Shown: positions 44,721-53,749 of the stretch, one piece after another
Position numbering within the stretch: position 1 is the stretch's first letter
How the letters are laid out: every line of letters begins with the position of its first letter
Position numbers and translations under genes: made by a program
From: Squalus acanthias
Lineage: Eukaryota
Assembly (NCBI GenBank): GCA_030390025.1
Contig: JASTWF010000034.1
Location: 3,286,001 to 3,350,000, forward strand
Length of the DNA: 64,000 nucleotides
Direction of reading: 5' to 3'
The notes under the pieces: generated by a model
Database searches by the model: none
Told to the model about the DNA's origin: nothing
Seen by the model: the letters and a program-made list of their open reading frames with translations, nothing else

Positions 44721-44756
44721 TTAATTGTTAATTCTTAAATTGGAAATAAGCAAAAC

Positions 44757-45020
44757 ACAACAACTTATATTTATAAAGCGCCTTTAACGTAGTAAAACGT
44801 CCCAAGGCGCTTCACAGGAGTTTATCAAACAACATTTGACATCGAGCCACATAAGGAGATATTTGGGCAGATAACCAAAAGCTTGGTCAAAGAGGTAATT
44901 TTTAAGGAGCGTCTTGATGGAGGAGAGAGAGGCAGAGAGGTTTACGGACAGAATTCCAGAGCTTAGGGCCCAGGCAGCTGAAGGCATGGCCACCAATGGT
45001 GGAGTGATTAAAATCAGGGA
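44757..45020 (-). mobile_element. L2-type LINE 3' end
   Basis: Minus strand encodes ...KTLLKNYLFDQAF (L2 ORF2 C-terminus-like), followed by the tail GTGAAGCGCCTTGGGACGTTTTACTACGTTAAAGGCGCTTTATAAATATAAGTTGTTG. Confidence 0.75.
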
Positions 45021-45270
45021 TACATTGAGAGGGACATTGAGAGAGACATTGACTGAAACATAGAGCGAGACATTGGGAGGGTCATTGAGCGGGCCATAGA
45101 GAGAGTCAGACAGACACAAAGAGAGAAATAGAAACAAAGAGAGTGGGCAGATTGAGAGATAGAAATAGAGAGACAGAAAGTCTGGGGGAGAGCCACAGAC
45201 AGCCAGAGAGAGACAGACAGGCTGAGAGAGGCAGAGGGAAGAGAAAGACAGGGATAGATATTGAGAGTTA
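45021..45270. repeat. GA-rich low-complexity tract with short GACATTGAGAGA-like repeats
   Basis: Several GACATTG units ~12 bp apart, then GAGA/GACA runs. Confidence 0.75.
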
Positions 45271-46770
45271 GAAAATAGGAACATATGAAATAGGAGCAGG
45301 AGTAGGCCATTTGGCCCATCGATCCTGCTCCGCCATTCAATAAGGTCATGGCTGATCTTCTACCTCAACTCCACTTTCCTGAACTATCCCCATATCCCTT
45401 GATTCCCTTAATATTCAAAAATCTTTCAATCTCTGTCTTGAATATACTCAACGACTGAGCATCCACAGCCCTCTGGGGTAGAGAATTGCAAAGATTCCCC
45501 ACCCTCCGAGTGAAGAATTTTCTCCTCATCTCGGACCTAACTGGCCGACGTCTTTTGCTGAGACTGTGACCCCTTGTTCTAGACTCCCGAGCCAGGGGAA
45601 ACATCCTCACTGCATCTACCCTGTTAAGCCCTCTAAGAATTTTATATATTTCCATGAGATTACCTCTCATTCTTCTAAATTCTAGAGAACATAGGCCTAG
45701 TCTACTCAATCTGTTCTCATAGGACAATCCCCCCATCCCAGGAACCAGTCTGGTGAACCTTCGTTGCACTCCCTCTTTGGCAATTATATCCTTCCTTAGG
45801 TAAGGAGACCAAAACTGTACACAGTACTCCTGGTGTGGTCTCACCAGGGCCCTATATAATTGCAGTAAGACGTCTTTACTCTTATATTCAAATCCTCTTG
45901 TAATAAAGGCCAACATACCATTTGCTTTCCTAATTATTTGCTGTACCTGCATGTTACCTTTCAGTGATTCATGTACAAGGACACCCAGGTCCCTCTGAAC
46001 ACCAACATTTCCCAATCTCTCAACATTTAAAAAATACCTTGCTTTACTATTTTTCCTAACTGCACATTTCTCCACATTATATTCCATTTGCCATGTTCTT
46101 GCCCATTCACTTAGCCTGTCTATATCCCCTTGAAGCCTCCTTGCATCCTCCTCACAACTTACATTCCCACCCAGCTTTGTATCATCAGCAAACTTGGATA
46201 TATTGCATTTGGTCCCCTCATCCAAATCATTGATATATATCGTAAATAGCTGTGGCCCAAACACTGATTCTTGCGGTACCCCACTAGTTACAGCCTGCCA
46301 AACCGAAAATGACTCGTTTATTGCTATTCTCTGTTTTCTGTCCGTTAACCAATCCTCAACCCATGCTAGAATATTACCCCCAATCCCATTTTGTTTAATA
46401 ACCTCTTGTGCGGCACCTTATCGAATGACTTCTGAAAATCCAAATCCACCACATCTACTGTCTCCCCCTTATCTGTTCTGCTAGTTACAACCTCAAAAAA
46501 CTCTAACAAATTTGTCAAACACGATTTCCCTTTCATAAATCCGTGTTGACTCTGCCCAATCCTATTATAATTTTCTAAGTGCCCTGTTACTACGTCCTTA
46601 ATATATTTTAGCATTTTCCCTACTACTGATGTCAGGAAAACTGGTCTGTAGTTCCCCGTTTTCTCTCTCCCTCCTTTCTTAAATATTGGGGTTACATTTG
46701 CTACATTCAATCCGCGGCAAACGTTCTAAAATCGATGCAATTTATGGAATTTCATCTGCCATCTATTTTG
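45271..46770 (-). mobile_element. CR1 LINE 3' portion (RT C-terminal half plus 3'UTR)
   Basis: ORF 45365-46264 contains KFADDTKLGG, EYCVQFWSPY and SLEFRRMRG. The upstream fragment has QHGFMKGKSCLTNLLEFFE. CR1-type 3' end at ~45271-45330. Confidence 0.92.
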
Positions 46771-46775
46771 TTTTT

Positions 46776-48450
46776 CTTTTTTATTCATTCATGGGCTGTG
46801 GTCATCGCTGGCACGCCTTGCATTTATTGCCCATCCCTAGTTGCACTTGAGAAGGTGGTGGTGAACCGCTGCAGTCGGTGATGGAAAGGCGCTCCCACAG
46901 TGCTGTTATGGAGGGAGTTGCAGGATTTTGACCCAGCGACAATGAAGGAATGGTGATATACTTCCAAGTCAGGATGGTGTGTGACTTGGAGGGGAAGTTA
47001 CAGGTGATGGTGTTCCCATGCTCCTGCTGCCCTTGTCCTTCTAGGTGGTAGAGGCTGCATGTTTGGGAGGTACTGGCGAAGAAACCTTGGCAAGTTGCTG
47101 CAGTGCATCTTGTAGATGGTACACACTGCAGCCACGGTGCGCCGCTGGTGGAGGGAGTGAATGTTTAAGAACATAACATAAGAAATAGGAGCAGGAGCAG
47201 GCCTCCTCTGTTCCAAGGAAAACAAACCCAGCTTATCCCAGTTAATATTGGGGTAGTTCAAATCTCCTACTATTACTGCCCTATAGTTTTTGCACTTCTC
47301 AGAAATGTGTCGACATATTTGCTCTTCTATCTCCCTCTCACTGTTTGGGGGTCTATAGTACACTCCCAGCAGTGTGGTCGCCCCTTTTTTGTTTTTCCAT
47401 TCGACCCATATGGCCTCGTTTGATGATCCCTCCAACATATCATCTCTCCTCACAGCTGTAATAGTTTCTTTAATCAATACCGCGACCCCCTCCCTTTTTA
47501 CCACCCTCTCTACCCCTTTATGGTGATGGATGGGCTACCAATCAAGTGGGCTGCTTTGTCCTGGATGATGTCGAGCTTCTTGAGTGTTGTTGGAGCTGCA
47601 CTCATCCAGACAAGTGGAGAGTATTCCATCACACTCCTGACTTGTGCCTTGTAGATGGTGGAAAGGATTTGGGGAGTCAGGAGGTGAGACACTCGCCGCA
47701 GAATACCCAGCCTTGACCTGCTCTTTTAGCCACAGTATTTATGTGGCTGGTCCAGTTAAGGTTCTGGTCAATGGAAACCCCCAGGATACTGATGGTGACG
47801 GATTTGGCGATGGTAATCCCATTGAATGTCAAGGGGATGTGGCTCTTGTTGGAGATTGTCATTGCCTGGCACTTGTTTCGTGTGATTATTACTTGCCACT
47901 TATCAACCCAAGGCTGAATGTCATCCAGGTCTTGCTGCATGCGGGCATGGACTGCTTCATTATCTGAGGAGTTGTGAATAGAACTGAATACTGAGCAATC
48001 ATCAGCGAACATCCCCACTTCTGACCATAGGATGGAGGGAAGGTCATTGATGAAATAGCTGAAGATGGTTGGGCCGAGGACACTGCCCTGATGTACTGCT
48101 GCAGCGATGTCCTGGGGCTGTGATGATTGACCTCCAAAAACCACAACCATCTTCCGTTGTGCCGGGTATGAATTGAGCCAGTGGAGAGTTTCCCCCCTGC
48201 TTTCCATTGACGCAATTTTACTGGGGCTCCTTGATGCCACACTCAGTCCAATGCTGCCTTGATGTCAAGGGCAGTCACTCTCACATCACCACTGAAATTC
48301 AGCTCCTTTGTCCAAGTTTGGACTAAGGCTGTAATGAGGTCTGGAACCGAGTGGTCCTGGCGGAACCCAAACTGGGCATCGGTGAGAAGGTTATTAGTGA
48401 GTAAGTGCCACATAATAGCACTGTCGACGGCACCTTTCATCACTTTGCTC
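46776..48450 (-). mobile_element. Non-LTR retrotransposon of a second family (RT and 3' end), interrupted at 47165-47515
   Basis: Fragments AQFGFRQDHS, HQGSVLGPTIF, MFADD, IYKAQVRSVMEYS and HSLHQRRTVAAVCTIYKMH. The protein is clearly distinct from the CR1 copies. Exact clade not determined. Confidence 0.8.
47165..47515 (-). mobile_element. Internally deleted mini-CR1
   Basis: Endonuclease piece (GVYYRPP, IVGDLNYPNINW) fused directly to KLGLFSLEQRR and then the CR1 3' terminus (plus strand AAGAACATAACATAAGAAATAGGAGCAGG). Confidence 0.7.
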
Positions 48451-49125
48451 ATTTCACCAGTCTGTCTATGTCCTCCTGAAGCCGACTACTATCCCGCTCT
48501 GTGTGTATATAAAAGTCTATATCATTAATATATATCAAAAAGAGCTGTTGTCGAATAGCGACATCTGGGGATACCACTGTACACTTCACTCCAGTCTGAA
48601 CAACAACCGTTCACCACTGCTCCTGGTTTTCTGTCCCTTAGCCAGTGTCAGATCCCCACTGCCACTGCCCCTTTGGTCCTATCAAGTCTATTCAATTGTA
48701 CTTCATCAAATGCATTTTGAATGTCCATATGCACAACATCAACCGCACTACCCTCATCAACCATTTCCGTTACTTCATCAAAGAACTTAATCAAGTTTGT
48801 CAGACACACTTTGCCGTTAACATGTCCGTGCTGGTTGTCATTTATTAATCCATGTTTTTTCCAAAGACAGATACTTTTCTCTGTGAATATGGCCTCTAGA
48901 AGTTTCCCCACCACTGACGTTAGGCTGACTGGCCTGCAGTTACAGGGTTTATCCCCCTCTCCTTTTTTAAACAGGGTGTAACATTTGCAACCCTCCAGTC
49001 CTCTGGCACCACTCCCATATCCGAGGAGGATTGAAATATTCTGGCCAGAGCCTGCGCTATTTCCACCATTCCTTCCCTCAGCAATCCTCATACTTCCCAT
49101 CCGGACGGGTAAATGTTCTACTTTA
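48451..49125 (-). mobile_element. CR1 ORF2 internal fragment
   Basis: RPVSLTSVVGKLLE and QHGHVNGKVCLTNLIKFFDEV. Confidence 0.85.
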
Positions 49126-49154
49126 CTGTGGTACAAAAAGTGTTGGATTGAAAG

Positions 49155-49256
49155 GGGTTAACTGAAGCTGTTTGTTCAGTGACTGTAATTAATGTCAGTC
49201 TCCACGGGTTAACTGAAGATGTTTGTTTAGTGACTGTAATTAATGTGAGTCTCCAT
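49155..49256. repeat. 51-bp tandem dimer upstream of the GPCR exon
   Basis: GGGTTAACTGAAG(C/A)TGTTTGTT(C/T)AGTGACTGTAATTAATGT(C/G)AGTCTCCA at 49155 and 49206. Confidence 0.9.
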
Positions 49257-49396
49257 GGACTCTGATTGTATCAGTGCAGGGTTTCCCTCTTCTATTAATA
49301 AGGAACTCCTTTCAATGTGTTATCCCATAGTGTCAGTGAGAGCATCACCTCCGGCACTAACAGGGATCAGCGCGCTGCTCCACAGAGAGGGAGTCG

Positions 49397-49480
49397 GAAT
49401 CTGAGAACAGTAGATTGGAATGTAACAACAATGGATCAGAATCAGAGAACAGTAGATTGGAATGTTACAACAATGGACAG
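49397..49480 (+). repeat. 42-bp tandem dimer overlapping the GPCR start
   Basis: GAATC(T/A)GAGAACAGTAGATTGGAATGT(A/T)ACAACAATGGA twice, in frame: N(L/Q)RTVDWNVTTMD. Confidence 0.9.
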
Positions 49481-49611
49481 GAGTTTCAGCTCGCAGTTTG
49501 ACTTTCTTTCAGAAAATTATGATTGGCTAACATTAGACTATCGGATACAGTTGGCACTTCAGATTATTCAATACATTTACTATCCGCTTCTAGCTGCTGT
49601 TGGTGTTCCTG
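49431..49611 (+). CDS. First coding exon of a class A GPCR, GPR139/GPR142-like (N-terminus plus start of TM1)
   Basis: MDQNQRTVDWNVTTMDRSF...IQLALQIIQYIYYPLLAAVGVP followed by the phase-1 donor G|GTAAGT. NVT sequon present. IYYPxLAAxGVP resembles the TM1 start of GPR139-family receptors, which have an intron here. Exon 2 not found in the window, so functionality is unproven. Confidence 0.7.
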
Positions 49612-49864
49612 GTAAGTCTCTCTATCCAGCTATTCTGTTAACCATGTTTTACTGTATTACTATTCTTGTCGTTTACTCTCCCCTCCTTGCTGCTGTTGGT
49701 GTGCCTGGTAAATCTCTCTCTCCAGCTATTAACCCTGCAAACCTTTGCTAACTGTATTACTATTCTTCATTCTTTGCTGCTGTTGGTGTCCTTGGTAAAG
49801 TCTCTATAATCAGAAATTGGATCTGTAAACCACGTTTCACTGTGCTATTATTTTTGTCATTTAA

Positions 49865-50352
49865 ATCTTGGGAAGAGCGAAGCCATTGTCTTCGGTCCTA
49901 GTCACAAACTCCATTCTCTATCTACCGATTCAGGCCCCTCCCTGGTCAATGTCTGAGGCTGAACCAGTCTGTTTGCAAGCTCTGCGATCTCTTTGTCCCT
50001 CAGCTGAGTTCCGAACTCATACCCTCTGAATCACCATTCCTGCCGACTGCCACCCCCAAAATTTCACCCATCTCCGCTCCACCTCAGCCCTTCAGCTGCA
50101 TAAACCCTCATCCATGCCTTTGTTAAATCCAGACTCGACTATTCCAATGCTCCCCTGGCCATCCTCCCAGTAACATGCCTCAATAAACTAGAGCTCATCG
50201 AAAACTCTGCTGCCCATATCCTAACACACATCATGTCCCGTTCACCCATCACCCCTGTGATCACTGACCAACATTGGCTGCCGATCCGGCAACAACTCGA
50301 TTTAAATATTCTTCTCCTCATGTTCAAATCCCACCATGGCCTCACCCCTGCA
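49865..50352 (+). mobile_element. L2 LINE ORF2 C-terminal fragment
   Basis: Translates to LIHAFVKSRLDYSNA...SPITPVITDQHWLPIRQQLDLNILLLMFKSHHGLTP. Confidence 0.82.
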
Positions 50353-50439
50353 ATTAGTCCCATTCCCTTGCTCTTTTCCCATAGTCCTGCAAATTGTTCC
50401 CCTTCAGGTATTTATCCAATTCCCCTTTTAAAGTTAATT

Positions 50440-50540
50440 TCTTTCCCTCTGTACCTCTCCCTGTCTTTCAGTCTCTATTTTTATTTCTCTCTTTCTCCCT
50501 TTCTCTCTCTCCCCCTCTTCTCTCTCTCTCTGTCTCTTGC
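50440..50540. repeat. CT-rich low-complexity tract
   Basis: Degenerate (CT)n. Confidence 0.7.
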
Positions 50541-50541
50541 T

Positions 50542-53500
50542 CATAGAATCATAGAACGGTACATCACAGACGGAGGGCATTCGGCCCATCGTGTCCATGC
50601 TGTCTCTTTGAAAGAGTTATCAATTCAGTCCTACTCTTTCATCAGAGCCCCATATAAAATTCCCCTTCATCTAATTACCCCATTCCCTTTCGAAATTAAC
50701 TATTGAATCTGCTTCCACCACGTTCTCAGTCAGTGCATTCTAGATCAAAACTCACTGCGTAAAGAAAATTCTCATCTCTCCTCTGGTTCTTTTGCAAATT
50801 ACTTTAAATTTGTTTCCTCTGGTTACCCACCATTCTGCCTCTGGAAACCGACTTACTTACTCTATCAAAACCCATTACAATCTGGAACATCTATATTAAA
50901 TCTGCCCTAATGGAAAAGGACAAAGAAAGACCAGGTTTAAAAGTTTTCAATTGGGGAAAGGCCAAATTTACTAAGCTGAGATGTGATTTAGGAAAAGTGG
51001 ACTGGAAACAGCTTCTTAATTGGAAATCAGTGCAGAGCCGTGGGAAGCATTCAACGAGGAGATAGTGAGGGCTCAGAGCAAATATATTCCCAAAAAGATA
51101 AAGGATGGGACTTCCAAATCTAGAGTCCCCTGGATGTCAAGGGGAATACAGGGTAGGATAAGGGGACAAAAAGGGAAGCTTTTGTCAGATACCGAGAGCT
51201 CAATACTACAGAAAGCCTAGAGGGGTATAGAAAGTGCAGGGGTGAAATTAAAAAGGAAATTAGGAAAGCAAAGAGAGGCATGAAAAAATATTGGCAAGTA
51301 AAATCAAGGAAAACCCAAAGATATTTTATACATACATCAAGAGCAAGAGGATAACTAAGGAAAGAGTCTGGCCTATTATAGACCAAAAAGTTAACTGTGT
51401 GTAGAGGCGGAAGACGTGGATATGGTTCTTAATAAATACTTTGTGTCTGTCTTCACAGAAGAGTGAGACGATGCAGACATTGTAGTTAAGGAGGAGGAGT
51501 GTGAAATATTAGATGAGACAAACATAGTGAGAGAGAAACATTAAGGTGTTTAGCATCTTTGAAAGTAGATAAATCACGAGGCTCGGATGAAATGTATCCC
51601 AGGCTGTTAAGGGAGGAAATAGCGGAGGCTCAGACCATCATTTTCCAATCCTCTCTGGCTGCAGGCGTGATGCCAGAGGACTGGAGGACTGCTAACGTTG
51701 TACCATTGTTTAAAAAGGGAGAAAGGGATAGACCGAGTAATTACAGGGCAGTCAGTCTAACCTTGGTGGTGGAAAAAATATTGAAAGATTCTGAGGGGCA
51801 GTATAAATCGGCATTTAGAAAGGCACAGATTAATCAAGGACAGTCAGCATGGTAATGTTAAGGAAGGTCGTGTCTGACTAACTGGATTGAATTTTTTGAG
51901 GAGGTAATGAGGAGGGTCGATGAGGGGAGTGCATTTGATGTAGTCCACGTAGATATTAGTAAGGCCTTTGACAAGGTCCCACATGACAGGTTGGTCATTG
52001 GATCCAAGGGAAAGTGGCAAGTTGGATCCAAAATTGGCTCAGTGGCAGGAAGCAAAGGTCGTAATGGTCAACGGGTGTTCTTTGTGACTGGAAGGTTGTT
52101 TCCAGTGGGGTTCCACAGGGCTCAGTACTAGGTCCCCTGCTATTTGTGGTATATATCAATGATTTAGACTTCAGTGTTGGGGCCATGATGAAGAAGTTTG
52201 CACATGATACAAAAATTGGCCGTGTGGTTGATAGTGAGGAAGAAAGCTGTAGACTGCAAGAAGATATCAATGGACTGGTCCGGTGGGCAGAACAGTGGCA
52301 AATGGACTTCATTTCGGAGAAGTGTGAGGTAATGCATTTGTGGCGGGCTAAAAAAAGGAATACACAATAAATGGTAGGATACTGAGAGATGCAGTGGAAC
52401 AGAGGGACCTTGGAGTACATTTCCACATATCTCTAAAACTATCAGGACATGTAGATAGGGTAGTTAAAAAGGCATGTGGGATACGTTGCTTTATTAGCCG
52501 AAGCATAGAATATAAAAGCAGGGAGTTTATGCTGGAACTGTATAAAACACCAATTAGGCCACAGCTAGAATACTGCGTACAATTTTGGTCAAAACATTAC
52601 AGGAAAGATGTGATTGCATTTGAGACATTATAGAGGAGATTTACGTGGATGTTACTGGAGAATAGTCTGGGGTTCTTTACATTGGAACAGAGGAGGCTGA
52701 GGGGAGATTTAATTGAGGTGTATAACATTATGAGGGGCCTAGATAGAGTGGATAGCAAGCACCTATTTCCCCTGGCAGAGAGGTCAATAACCAAGGAGAA
52801 TAGATTTAAAGTAATTGGTAGAAGGATTAGACGGGAGATGAGAATTTGTTTCACCCAGAGGGCGGTGCGGGTCTGAAACTCAAGGCCTGAAAGGGTGGTA
52901 GAGGCAGAAACCCTCATCACATTTAAAACGTACATGGATATGCACTTGAAGTGCCATCACCTACAGGGCTACGGACCAAGAGCTGGAAAGTGGGATTAAG
53001 CTGGAAAGCTCTATTTCGACCGGCGCAGATGCAATGGGCCAAATGGCCTCCTTCTGTGCCTTAAATTTCTATGATTCTACAATTCTGTGATTCTTAACCT
53101 TCGCTGCTCTAAAAAGAACAATCCCAGCTTCTCCTGACTCTCCACGTAATTGAAGTCCCAGATCCCTGGTACCATTCTGGTAAATCTCCTCTACACCTTC
53201 TCTAATCCTTGACATGCTTGCCAAAGTGTGGTGCTCAGAATTGGACACAATACTCCAGCTGGGGTCTAACCAATGATTTTTAAAAGGTTAACATTTCTAC
53301 CTGGATTTTGTTACTCTGTGTCTCTGTTTGTAAAGCCAAGGACTCCGTATGCTTTATTAACAGCCATCGCTACTTGTCCTGCCACCTTCAATGATTTGTG
53401 TAAGTACACACCAGGTCTCTCTGATCGTGCACCCGCTTTGAAATTGTACCGTTTAGTTTATATTGCCTCTGCTCATGCTTCCTACCAACATGTATCACTT

Positions 53501-53646
53501 CACCCTTCTCTGTGTTAAATTGTATCTGCCATGTGTCTGCCCATTTCACCAGTCTGTCTGCGTCCTCCTGAAGTCTGTTACTATCATTCTCACTGTTTAT
53601 TAACATTTCCGAGTTTTGTCATTTTCAAACTTTGAAATCATGCGCT
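50542..53646 (-). mobile_element. Older CR1 3' portion, split into 50542-50908 and 53094-53646
   Basis: 3' tail CATAGAATCATAGAA at 50542. The sequence ATTAAATCTGCCCT resumes as TTAACCTTCGCTGCTCTAA after the + strand insertion. Encodes RLQEDADRLVKWADTWQIQFN. Confidence 0.8.
50909..53093 (+). mobile_element. 5'-truncated CR1 LINE nested in the older CR1
   Basis: KVDKSRGSDEMYPRLL, KAFDKVPH, KFAHDTKIG and EYCVQFWS. Ends in the tail TTCTATGATTCTACAATTCTGTGATTC. Confidence 0.9.
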
Positions 53647-53749
53647 GTCATAGAGTCATCGATAGTCATAGTTATACAGCACAGAAAGAGGCCCTTCGGC
53701 CCATTGTGTCCGCTCCGGCCATCAAGCCCTATATATTCTATTCCCATTT

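Noticed and set aside
44784..45349. Ser/Leu-rich ORFs
   Set aside because: Translation of the GA-rich low-complexity tract and adjoining LINE ends.
49155..49256. Common origin of the 51-bp dimer, 52-bp satellite and 51-bp minisatellite
   Set aside because: Only a short GGGT..AACTG resemblance between the first two and none with the third. The similar period is probably coincidence.
49317..49751. Single-exon 144-aa protein
   Set aside because: It begins at GTG and reads through a consensus donor. Better explained as exon 1 plus duplicated intron start.
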